A stretch of 64,000 nucleotides of DNA from Octopus vulgaris (Eukaryota): contig OX597817.1 in the NCBI GenBank assembly GCA_951406725.2, forward strand, positions 161,262,001 to 161,326,000, read 5' to 3'. Shown piece by piece: positions 26,766-39,242 of the stretch (position 1 is its first letter; each line of letters begins with the position of its first letter). Under the pieces are notes generated by a model that saw nothing but the letters and a program-made list of their open reading frames with translations, made no database searches and was not told where the DNA came from. Both the position numbers and the translations under genes were made by a program.

Positions 26766-27122
26766 GTGTTTAACAACAGTTTATTAACAATTGAATTCTG
26801 TGAAACTTTTATATATATCTGTGTGTGTGTATAATAATAATAATATTAGGGAGTACAACTCCAAACATACAGAGAAAAATTCAATTTAGTATTAAATCAA
26901 ATTTCACAATATAAATATATAATATATAAATTAGAGAAAAAACACTATTATGCAATTCAAACAATGATAGACATAAACCAAATCATAAATGAAAAATAAA
27001 ATATATTTTAAAACATATAACTAGACCACAAAAAATACAAAAATAAATAAACAATATATAATAAGTAAAAAAACTACGTACGTTTTTTTCTCTAATTATA
27101 TATTATAAATATTTATATCATT

Positions 27123-27153
<31 letters not shown>

Positions 27154-27164
27154 TACTGTCTGTT

Positions 27165-27965
27165 TGGCCAAGTGATTCAATTTGTACGTGATCACAAATT
27201 TTATATTGTAATATTTTAGACGCCATGTGAAATTTAACAATTTTATGTCATTGCTTCTACATTGCTTTCTGAACATGTGGGTGTGTTGAGTATAGCAAGT
27301 TTTGAAAGTATTAGGAGTCAATGCAATATTTGGTTTCAAATTTTTGTACATGTTTTCAGAGCAGCATGGTAAATAATACTTCTTTCTACTATATCAACAC
27401 TTTAGTTGACAATCATTGAAGTGTCTAAAGTTGCATGATAGTGACTGTTGGATAATAGAATTATATAGTTTGTGTTGGTCAAAATTAGGTGCGGCAGAAT
27501 AAAGGATTTTATCCAGATTTTATCAGAAGTCTTACAGTACACATATTTGTTGGGTGAGGGAAGACAGTATTTCAACATCAATTTTTAAAAAAATTTTCCT
27601 ACAGGGGTCAAAATTTGATCACAGTGGGACAGGGTCAGTTGCAAACTAACTTTATTTAAAAAGTATTTTTTGTTAGTATGCTCTTTGCTGGTGAAATATA
27701 CGTTTTTATCTAATTTTGTCTGTGAAACAATCATTTTGTAACGTGTTATTGTAATATTTAAATAGCTTCAACAAATACACCTTCATTGCAAGAGAGGCTG
27801 GAGATACAAAAAGATATATTTTTGAGTAGATTGTTTCAAAATATTTTTCAGTGGTTTAGTCTATGAATCTAATGGAATGACTCATTGGATTTCCTCAAAA
27901 GTGATCAGTGTGTCAAGTTGAAGGCTTCAAGATACTTTATTATCTTAAGTTGATATTGAACAGTT
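27165..27965 (-). mobile_element. Decayed Penelope-like retroelement ORF (C-terminal region plus GIY-YIG endonuclease)
   Basis: Fragments ISSLSCNEGVF, CNFRHFNDCQL, VERSIIYHA and IALTPNTFKTCYTQHTHMFRKQ..SNDIKLLNFTWRLK resemble the PLE pattern CNC..CPL..VIY.A..YIGLT.NTFK.RY..H..SF; stops and frameshifts present. Confidence 0.7.
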
Positions 27966-27998
27966 ATCTTTAAGTATGTGTGTGTGTGTGTGTATATA

Positions 27999-28038
<40 letters not shown>

Positions 28039-28039
28039 C

Positions 28040-28101
<62 letters not shown>

Positions 28102-28114
28102 TCTCCTTTTTTTA

Positions 28115-28400
28115 TCTCTTCTACTTGTTTCAGTCATTTGACTGTGGCCATGCTGGAGCACCACCAAGCAAATCGACCCCAAGACTTATTCTTTAGAAGC
28201 CTAGTACTTATTCTTTCGATCTCTTTTGCTGAACCACTAAGTTACGGGGACGTAAACACACCAGCATCGGTTGTCAAGCGATGTTGGGGGGACAAACACA
28301 GACACACAAACATATATACACATATACATATATATATACATATATATACAACGGGCTTCTTTCAGTTTCCGTCTACCAAATCCACTTACAAGGCTTTGGA
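28115..28400 (-). mobile_element. Family B SINE, 5' truncated
   Basis: Consensus match. Confidence 0.85.
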
Positions 28401-28403
28401 CTG

Positions 28404-28445
<42 letters not shown>

Positions 28446-29251
28446 CTGCATTTGTGTGTTAACAAATGTTAAATCCATGTGCATATCTATTTGTATGTAT
28501 GCATGTACATATTTAATTAACAAGATGTACACTTATAAACACACATGCACACATATACGTGTGTGTGTGTGTACATGATTGTATGTAAGTATATATGTGC
28601 GCAAGGTGAGAAAAAGAAGTGTGTGCGTGGGTAAACCCTCAGGTGACTAACAGGACTAGAGGCATGACCTATATCAGGTGAGCTCCACAGATTAATTGAG
28701 CTGAGGGGTGGGGAATGGAATGGCAGGGGAACATAATAAGCTATCACCAAGCAACTAGTTTATTACAAACACATTGTGTAGTATGTATGTGTGCAGTTTA
28801 CTATCCGTACTGTTTGTGGCTTGGAAGATTGTTGTGTACAAGAGTGTTTGATTGTATGAAGTGGAATGTTATTGTGCAATTAGTAATTATATATACCTAT
28901 ACACACATACAAAATTATCACTGGCATTCTGCTTTCATTTGTACTATAACATCTGTAATATAGTTTGAAAGCCACTGAGGCAAAAATCTTATCTGTGTAA
29001 GTGCATTCTTTGTATCTGTGTTATTAGTACTGTCTTAGTTCAGCTGTCATTGTCAAAACTGAGGAAGGACGTTACATGGGAGAAGACAACTTGTCACGGT
29101 GTGTCTCGCTGTGGCCAATCAGTCCAGTGCATGCTTGGAAGGCTCAGCTGCAGGTTGGGCACGGGTCATCTGCCTCAGACTCATGGCATGGAACTTGAAT
29201 GCCACTGAGGCAAAATATCTTGTTTGTGTTATGTCTATAAGTCTCTTTCTT

Positions 29252-29292
<41 letters not shown>

Positions 29293-29402
29293 GGAACAGA
29301 TAAGGCTGTGTGGTTAAGTAAATCGCTATGCAGCCATATAGTTCTGTGTTCAGTTCTACTACTCAGCACCTTATATACATATATCTTCTCCTGTAACCAA
29401 TT

Positions 29403-29469
<67 letters not shown>

Positions 29470-29501
29470 CACAGGTGATGATGATGCACATTTATATGCG
29501 T

Positions 29502-29903
29502 AGGCGCCTGGTGTGGCTGTGTGGTAAGAAGCTTGCTTTCCAACCACATGGTTCCAGGTTCAATTGCACTGTGTGGCACCTTGGGCAAGTGTCTTCTACT
29601 ATAGCCCCGGGCTGACCAAAACCTTGTGAGTGGATTTGGTAGACGGAAACTGAAAGAAGCCTGTTGTATATATGTATATGTATATATATGTGTGTGTGTG
29701 CTTGTAAGTCTGTGTTTGTCTCCCCAACATTGCTTGACAACCGATGCTGGTGTGTTTGCGTCCCTGTAACTTAGCGGTTCGGCTAAAGAGACCGATAGAA
29801 TAAATACTAGGCTTACAAAGAATAAGTCCCGGGGTCGATTTGCTCGACTAAAGGTGGTGCTCCAGCATGGCCACAGTCAAATGACTGAAACAAGTAAAAG
29901 AGA
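29502..29903 (+). mobile_element. Family B SINE, full length
   Basis: Head aggcgcctggtgtggctgtgtggtaag...ggttcaattgc; tail aaatgactgaaacaagtaaaagag. Confidence 0.9.
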
Positions 29904-30214
29904 AGGTGTGCATGGTTGATGTGAGCAAAATAGCTTGAAACTGGCTGGTCCTGTAGTCCTGTCAGCTGATGGGCAATAGTAGGGGTTCACTCCCCCTACT
30001 AGCAATGTGTTGTATATAAAGGGTGCAGAGCTTGCACCGAAAACCAGTTGGCATAGAATCCGCCTGGGGTTAAACTAGTGGTAACATTCATCTGCCACTT
30101 CGATGTGGCTACTCACTTTACTGTTTAGTGTACGTTACTACTCCATCTCTTCTTGAGATTCTATAACTAGCTATTTCACTTGTTGCAGATCAGTAACCAA
30201 TGGTCACTTTGTTT

Positions 30215-30250
<36 letters not shown>

Positions 30251-30949
30251 ATACCTGGATATAACTCACTCAACAACAACTCACTACTTGAATGAACCAT
30301 AAACAAAACTTGACTTAAACAGGATTTAGATAATCCTATCAGGTGGTGCTATTAAGTTAGACATAGCCTGGACTAGTCTTTGGTCGAAACATATCTAAGT
30401 TTATCTAAGTTTATATATATATATATAAATGAAATACAAAATGGGACAAGAACGCAATACATCCGGACAAGTAAGTGATACAAAAAGGGACAAAAAAACA
30501 TGGATGGGTCATTCAAAGTCTTTTATCTTCAGTCAAGAACCGGATCATCCTCGCAATTTTGGCTGATTAATATATATATATTTTGTGAGTGAAATTTGAA
30601 AGAAATTATAGACATCTGTTGATTGGCAGAATTGTTAGAGTATCAGGTAAAATGTGCTGCAATATTTATTCTGACTCTCTGTGCTTTGAGTTCAAGTGTT
30701 CAAATCCCACCTAGATCCATTTTGCCTTTTATATTTTAAGGTGAATTAAAGTAGTACCAACTCAGTGCTGGCACAGCCATCTCTCACTTCAGCTCTCACA
30801 TCCTGAATGGATGTTTCACTTGCACATGGGCGAGAGGGACAAGAATGTATCTGTGTCGGTTTGTGAATGGCTCTAAACAATGATGATGAACAAACAACAG
30901 AAGGAATACAAAACTCACATTTCACTGTATATAATGAATTACTACATAT

Positions 30950-31372
30950 AGGCGCAGGGGTGGCTGTGTGGTAAGTAGCTTGTTTACCAACCACTTGGTT
31001 CCGGGTTCAGTCCTACTGCATGGCACCTTGGGCAAGTGTCTTCTACTATAGCCTCGGGCCGACCAAAGCCTTGTGAGTGGATTTGGTAGATGGAAACTGA
31101 AAGAAGCCCGTCGTATATATGTATATATATATATATATGTGCGTGTGTGTGTGTTTGTGTGTCTGTGTTTGTCCCCCTAGCATTGCTTGACAGCCGATGC
31201 TGGTGTGCTTATGTCCCTGTTACTTAGCGGTTCGGCAAAAGAGACCGATAGAATAAGTACTGGGCTTACAAAAGAATAAGTCCCGGGGTCGATTTGCTCG
31301 ACTAAAGGCGGTGCTCCAGCATGGCCGCAGTCAAATGACTGAAACAAGTAAAAGAGTAAAGAGTAAAAGAGT
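30950..31372 (+). mobile_element. Family B SINE, full length, best-preserved copy
   Basis: A-box-like tggctgtgtgg, B-box-like ggttcagtcc, internal (TA)n(GT)n, repeated tail gtaaaagagtaaagagtaaaagag. Confidence 0.92.
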
Positions 31373-31801
31373 ATATCTTAATTTAGATTATAGCCATCTT
31401 CCATACAATGACATGGGATATCCAGGGTGGTGGAACTGTGGAATTTACCTAACCATTCAGCCAGCTTCCTATATATCCTAGGTCTACTAAGGTGTTATTA
31501 ACAGGAAAATGGTTATTAAACAAATGAAAATGCTAGTTCTAAGATCTCTCTAAGATATCAACACAATAGTTATACTGACAAGTAATATTCATAGCCACTT
31601 CAACATAGTTGTCTGTTCAAATGGACTCTATTGCGATTTTTTTAACCCTGAGAGGACATCTCCTCTATCTGATTTATGATGCAGAGCTGCATCCGATAAA
31701 TTGCGAGCAGGGGTGCATTTTATGAACCCTGAAGGGATGAAGAGGAAAGTTGACCTCAGCAGGATTTGAACTCAGAGTGGAAAGAGCCCTATATACATAC
31801 A

Positions 31802-31861
<60 letters not shown>

Positions 31862-32641
31862 TACACACACACACACAATATTATATAATAATGAGCTTAT
31901 TGTATACAGTGCATAGTATATTCACAAAGCAATGTATATGTTACACAAAATACAGTAAGCACAGTTTAGCTAAAACAACATTGGGTGTGATACATAGAGA
32001 TTCCATCATGTAACCTGATGTGTTTGTTTATGTATCAGATGAGTGTGTGTGTGTGTGTGTGTGTAATCTGATGCATGCTTACGTGTTCTTTGTATATCTG
32101 TATATTTATGTTTGATGCGTTGTATCCCTGTTTTGTTGTGCTTATAGCAAATATATATATATATATATACACCTATATATACATACACACACACTCACAC
32201 ACACACACATATATATATATGTACATACAGTCACACACTATCTTCAGAAACAGTATCTGTGCATGCTGTTTCTCTATACTATATTTGTATATATACTATA
32301 TTTCTCTATACTATATTTCTATATACTATATTTCTATATATACTATATTTCCGCACACCTATGCCTACTGCTCTATTCACATACTATGTACAACCACACG
32401 CACATGCACGCATGTGCACACTCCCTTACTGTCTGCTGAGTCCATCCACACCTACAGCCCATCAATTTCTGGACAATTATTGACTGTTAGGTCTGTGTGT
32501 ATTGTATTGTTCCATCATCAATGGCTCTCTGAACACTTGTAAAATGGTTTGGTCATAAAACATTGTAGTTCTCTGGTGAACTTCTATTTTTGATTCTGAC
32601 TCCTGCTTCTATTAATATCATATCTTCAATACAGATCAATA

Positions 32642-33274
32642 TCCTATTCTCTCTCTCCCTCTCTTTCTCTCCCTCTCTTTCTCTCCCTCTCTCTCTCTCC
32701 TATCCTCTACCTTTCTCTCTCTCCAGTCTGCCCTCTCTTATTCTCTCTCTCCCCTATTTCTCCCTGCCTCTTTTTTCCTTCTCTTACTCTCTCCTGTCCA
32801 CCTGTCTCTCTTGTTTCCCTCTCTCTCTCTCTCTCGTTTCCCCCCTCTCTCCTATCCCCTGGTCCCTCTTCTTTCTCCTTACCCCTCTTTCTCTTTCCAC
32901 TCTCCTATACCCTATCCCTCATCTCTCTCTCTGTCTCTCTCTCTCTTTCTCTCTTCCTCCTCTTCTGTATCATTCTTTTCTCACCTGTTTCACTCTCTGC
33001 CTTTCCTCTCTCTTTCTCTCCCTCTCCACTCTCCACCTCTCATCTCTCTGCCCCTCTATTTCTCTCTTGTTTTTTCTCTCTCTCTCCTTTCTTGCTTCCC
33101 CTCATTCTCATTTTCCCCCTCTCTCCTGTCCCCTAGTCTCTCCTCTCTCTCCTTTCCCCCTCTTTCCCTTTCCACTCTCCTATTCCCTATCCCTCATCTC
33201 TCTCTCTCCCTCTCTCTCCCTTACTTCTCCCTACCTCTTGTTTCCTTCTCTTACTCTCTCCTGTCCACCTGTCT

Positions 33275-33310
<36 letters not shown>

Positions 33311-33580
33311 TCCTCTCCTGTTTCATCCTTTTTCCTCACCTGTTTCCCTCTCTGCCTTTCCTTTCTCTCCCCCTCTCCGCTCTCTCATCTCTCTGCCCCT
33401 CTCTTTCTCTCTGGTTTTTTCTCTCTCTCCTTTCTTGCTTCCCCTCCATCTCGCTCGTTTTTTCTCTCTCTCCTTTCTCCTGGTCTCTCCTCTCTCTCCT
33501 TTCCCCCTCTTTCCCTTTCCACTCTCCTATTCCCTATCCTTCATCCCTCTCTCTCTCTCTCTCTCCCCCTCCCTCCCTCC
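32642..33580. repeat. About 940-bp polypyrimidine (CT-rich) tract with internal duplications
   Basis: tttccactctcctat..cctatcc recurs three times; ttactctctcctgtccacctgtctctc recurs twice. Confidence 0.95.
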
Positions 33581-34044
33581 ATTTATATGTCTGTATATAT
33601 CAATACTCTCTGATGAGAATTAATAAATATCAAACCAGTTGGACGCTCTCCTCTCTCAGCTCTCGAAACCCATGGTTTTTCCGCAGGTTATATTTTTACA
33701 GTAAAACTAAATATATGTTTAATATTAGACATCTTGCGTAGGATTTCTATACACAAGCATATTCATGACGTCACACAACTTTCATACATTTCTTATTGTA
33801 TATACTGTTATACTAGCACTATATATCAAGGATATACAAAACTCTACAAGACGCTGTGTATATGTTGTCCAACACATACCAGCATGGAAAAACGGATGCT
33901 ATAAATGATGATGATGTTGATGGTGGTGATGGTGATGGTTAATGATGGTGGTGGCTGTACTGGTGGTGATGGTGATGTTAATGATGGTGTTGTTGATGAT
34001 GGTGGTGGAGGTAGTAGTGGTGGTGGTGGTGGTGGTGGTCATGA

Positions 34045-34255
34045 ACCGTTAGCACGCCGAGCGAAATGCTTAGTGGTATTTCGTCTGCCGTTACGTTCTG
34101 AGTTCAAATTCCACCGAGGTCGACTTTGCCTTTCATCCTTTTGGGGTCGATTAAATAAGTACCAGTTACGCACTGGGGTCGATGTAATCGACTTAATCTG
34201 TTTGTCTGCCCTTGTTTGTCTCTGTGTTTAGCCCCTTGTGGGTAGTAAAGAAATA
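34045..34255 (+). mobile_element. Family A SINE, slightly 5' truncated
   Basis: TSD ggtggtcatga at 34034-34044 and 34256-34266. Confidence 0.92.
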
Positions 34256-35094
34256 GGTGGTCATGACAGACGAATATTTTTGTCTTTGTTTAAAGCGTGT
34301 TTAAACCGTCCCTGCTCTTAAACCTCTTTGGGATACCGTGGTGGGGCAGGGTGGGGCATAAAAACTGTGTGTGTATGTGTTTGTATGCATATGTGTGTGT
34401 TTATGTGTATATATATGTGTGTGTATGTGTGAGTATGTACGCATTTGTGTGTGTTTATATATGTGCAGTAACACTGAAACAATACATGCTGTCTCACCTC
34501 ACACACACACACACACACAACCATCATTCCTTCCTCCAATACCATCAATCTACTTCCACTGTGAAGAACATTTTTCACACCTTCTTAGTGTTCTCTTTAA
34601 TCTATCCTGTAAACTCCTGGCAGTACCACCTTGGGTACCACTTTAACTCCTCCCCTTCTCCCAACTACTCCCTTTAGATAATAAAAGGCTGGAAAAGAAG
34701 GAAGAGTATTACTACATTTTTCTGTTGTATAGCAACTTGGAGGGCTGCTCAGATTGTGATGTTGGTGGTGGCAGTGGTGTTGGTGTTGGTGTTGATGGTA
34801 GTGTTGGTGGTCTTCTTGGTGATGGTGTCAGTGGAGATGTTGGTGATGGTGGTATTGGTGGTGGTGGTGGTGGTGGTGTTAGTGTTGTGGTGGAGTGAAA
34901 AATGGTTTTGATGGCAAAGGAGGAAAAGATAAGGGTACAAGTTGATGGTAAAAAGGTATTGGTTGTTCGATGATAAGATGAAGGTTGGGTCTGGAGGAGG
35001 AGTAATGATGGAGAGAGAGATAGATAGAAAGGGAGCATGGATGTATGTATATATATATTTCTATATATATATATATATGAGAGAGAGCATGGAC

Positions 35095-35198
<104 letters not shown>

Positions 35199-35813
35199 GA
35201 TGGGTGGGCTGAAGCAACTAGTATATATATATATATATATATATCTTTGGTTAATTAGCTTATGGCAAATATATAAAAAAAGAAAAGCTACATCATTTTG
35301 AGGCAGAGTATCTCACTTCAGAGAAAATATTCTATTTAATAGGCGTATTAGGGGTATCTAATAGGGTATCAGTTAGCACTTCTGAAGTCTAAAACAGGAT
35401 ATCATTCAGCAATTTTTGTTTTTCCCAACATTTATTTTATTTTTTTATTCTTTAAAAATTAAATTATCTTTATGTGTAATCTTATTTGCATCTGTTTAGT
35501 AATGTGTGTGTTTGTGTGTGTGTGTGGTGTGTGTGTGTTTGTGTGTGGATTGGTAGAATAACGAGATGACCAAAAATGCCTTTTGGGGTATTTTGGTTTC
35601 TTTACATTGTGAGTTCAAATCCTGATTGGATCAAATTTTTGCCTTTCATCCTTTCAGGGTCAATAGAATAAGTAAGATGTTTGCTTCCCAACCACATGGT
35701 TTCAGGTTCAGTCCCACTGCATGTCACCTTGAAGCAGTGTTTTCTGTTATAGCTCTGGACCAACTAAAGCCTTGTGAATGGATTTGGTAGATGGAAACTG
35801 AAAGAAGCCTATC

Positions 35814-35847
<34 letters not shown>

Positions 35848-36072
35848 TTAATTAATAAATTTTAGGGTAGCAAAAAATTCTAGAAAAATTCTCCGCTACC
35901 AGCGGTCAAGTGAGAAAGAAAAATAGTCAATAGACTATACATTCAAACATATACATCCGACTCTTTTATTTCTCTTTTCATTTCAGAATTACAACTATTA
36001 GTGGTTTGGAGTTTGGCTGCTCTTTCTAGTGAGTCGGATGTCCTATTATGGCCATCACTTATATGTTTGAAC

Positions 36073-36418
36073 ATCATCATCATCATCATCATCGTTTAGC
36101 GTCCGTTTTCCATGCTAGCATGGGTTGGACGGTTCTACTGGGGTCTGTGAAGCCAGAAGGCTTCATCAGGCCCAGTCAAATCTGGCAGTGGTTCTACGGC
36201 TGGATGCCCTTCCTAACGCCAACCACTCCGTGAGTGTAGTGGGTGCTTTTTACGTGCCACCCGCACAAGGTGACATGAAGTGGGACTGAACCTGAAACCT
36301 TGTGGTTAGGAAGCAAACATCTTACTTATTCTATTGACCCTGAAAGGATGAAAGGCAAAAATTTGATCCAACATATATATATATATATATATATTCAAAC
36401 ATATAATATATATATATG

Positions 36419-36455
<37 letters not shown>

Positions 36456-36887
36456 TGAAATCAAAATCAAATTCGATGACTAGCATCTGTGCTAGTGGAG
36501 CACTAAGAGTACCATACAAGCGAGATTGTTGCCAGAGGAACAAGCTGGCCTCCGTGCCGATTGCACTTGTGCTGGTGGCACATGAAAAAACATTCAAGCG
36601 AGGTTGTTGCCAGTGCCGCTGGACTGATTCCTGTGCAGGTGGCACATAGAAAAAAAAAAACTATTTGAGTGTGGCTGTTGCCAGTACCACCTGACTGGCC
36701 CTCATGCTGGTGGCATGTAAAAGCACCCACTACACCCTTGGAGTGGTTGGCGTTTGGAAGGGCATCCAGCTGTAGAAATTCTGCCAGATCAGATTGGAGT
36801 CTGGTGCAGTCATCTGGTTCGCCAGACCTCAGTCAAATCGTCCAACCCATGCTAGCATGGAAAGTGGATGTTAAACGATGATGATGA
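36073..36887. mobile_element. Two oppositely oriented family D copies
   Basis: 36073-36265 on minus and about 36460-36887 on plus. Confidence 0.85.
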
Positions 36888-37257
36888 TATATACATGTAT
36901 ATATACATGAGTGTATGGTACTGTCTCCTTCCCTTCATATAACAGTTGTAAATGCGTGTCACCATCATGCAAGTAGTTGTCTTAATTTCCAATCTTCCAT
37001 GAAAACATGTCTTGCCATGAGGGAATATTATCTTTCTTGGAGACAGGTGAAGGTTTGTGACTGGAAGGGCATCCAGCCATTCAAAATCTGCCTCAGTGAA
37101 TTGGGCCTGGCACTTGTGAGCATGGAAAAGTAGACGTTAAGATGACAACAATGATGATGATGATGTTGATGATGAAATGTATTGGAGTTGATTTTTTTGG
37201 ATTTGCCTTTCCTTTATAATGTGTGTTTTGTGCCAATGCTGGAAATTAATATTACTG

Positions 37258-38142
37258 AGATGGCAGAATCATTAGCACATTGGCCAAATTACTTAGCAGC
37301 CTTTCTTATGGCTTTTTGTTCTGAGTTCAAATTCTGCTGAGGTCATCTTTGCCTTTCATCCTTTCTGTATTGATTAAAATAAGTACCAGTTAAGTACTGG
37401 GGTTGATGTAATCAACCAAACTTCTCCCATCAAAATTTCAGGTCTTGCGCCTATTATAGAGAGAATTGTTAACAACAGTCTTGGCAGTGTTGAAAATCAG
37501 GTCTCTGAATTCATTTGTGCCACATTTCTGGTCACCGAAGAAATATTTTTAATTCCTCAGAAGTTGTAAAGTCCTTAAGTCAGTGTCCAAGCATTTTGGC
37601 TGATCTCTATCATACCAGCAAACAAGCAAACAGGAAAGAAAGTAAGGAACTTCTCAAGTCTTGCTCACTCAAGACTGTCTATATTTCTGCAATTCTGTCC
37701 TGCATTTTTCTTTCTTTCTGTCTGTCTGTCTGTCCCCCATCTCTCTCTGTGTCTCACACATGAACACACTATCATACCATAATCATTGGACTATGGCTAT
37801 GCTGGAACAACAAATAATCCCCAGCACTTATTTTTTTTTATCTTTTACACATTCTATTGGTCTCTTTTCTTAAACTGCTAAGTCACAAGGACTTAAAACA
37901 AACCAACACTGGTTTTTCATCGGTGGGAGGTGGGGGACACACAGACACAAATAGACACATACACACATGTATATAATAAATGATGGGCCTCCATACGGTT
38001 TCCATCAACCAAATTCTCTCACACAAATCATTGATCAGCTTGGGGCTATAGTAGAAGACACTTTCCCGAGGCACCACGCAGTGGGACTGAACTCAAAACC
38101 ACATGGTTGCAAAGCAAGCTTCTTAACCATACAGCCATGCCT
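37258..38142. mobile_element. Older family A copy (37258-37465, +) and family B copy (37780-38142, -)
   Basis: Diverged consensus matches. Confidence 0.7.
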
Positions 38143-39210
38143 GTGTTGTGCATAACTCTAAAATAGACAGAATGACCAAGACCGGAATACCTAACCCTAA
38201 CCCTAAATATAAATCAGCTTGATCAGAACCTGTCTGGGAAAGGTTCTAAACAGCGACAATACCAACCCTACTTTTGTCAATATATCCACGGATTAAGTAA
38301 GGATTAGTTGTGGCGTTCAACCTCCCATTAGAGTATCAGCAGGCTCTTTCCCAGTCTACCCTCTTTAAGCCCTTGCACACCTCTATTTAAAAGTGCTTAT
38401 TTCAAGAAGCCATCAAGCTGGTTTCTCGTTCTAGTGAGGCAGGGGGGGTGGAAGGCAGGGGGGGTGGAAGGCAGGGGGGGTGGAAGGCGGGGGTGGGGCA
38501 CCGAGACATTTGCCAGTGCAGTGTTATGTTCTGTAGAGCATATCCACACCACATACACTACACATGTGGTGCAGTAACAACCACACTTTATTATTATTAT
38601 TATTATTTATTTACCCCCCACTATGTGGTAACTAATTTACAACTGTAAAACAGTTCAAGGGGAGATTTTGTCTCCTGTAGGGAGTCATGCTTCAGCGGTT
38701 GAAGCAGTTTTTAAAAATATTTTTTGTGGTGGTGGTGGTGGTGATGGTAGTGGTGGCGGTGATGGTAGTGGTGGTGGGTATCTTCGACTTCCTTGCATTT
38801 ATCTCCTTGTTGCACTTCTCGTGGTTCCTACAAATATATTCCACAAGAATTGATACTGTCTGGAGTTCTAGCCCTTTCAACATTGCTTATGCTCTCTCTT
38901 TGTCTGTCTGTCTGTTGGTCTCTCCCTCCCTCCCTCTCTCTCTTTCTCTCTCGCACACACACACACATCATCATCATCATCATCATCTTCATTGTCACCA
39001 CCACTACCATTACTCCTATCACAATCAACATCCTCACCATCCTGCCATCATCAACCCCCATCCTGTCACCAACCTCCCCAGCCCACCCCACCCTGCCATC
39101 ATCAACCCCCACCCATCATCATCATCAACTCCCACCCCATCCACTACCACCCTCATCAACACTAGCACCACCGACGTCACCACCGGCTCCATCACTATTA
39201 TCACCATCGC

Positions 39211-39242
<32 letters not shown>

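Noticed and set aside
30495-30570. Hammerhead-like ctgaaga on minus strand
   Set aside because: No GAAA or stem III in register; at most a PLE-like remnant
33611-33680. Hammerhead-like ctgatga...cgaaac
   Set aside because: No stem I pairing and only a 2-bp stem II
32590-33741. 383-aa Leu/Ser/Pro ORF
   Set aside because: CT-rich tract lacks stops by composition
38190-38207. Interstitial telomeric (CCCTAA)n
   Set aside because: Fewer than three full units
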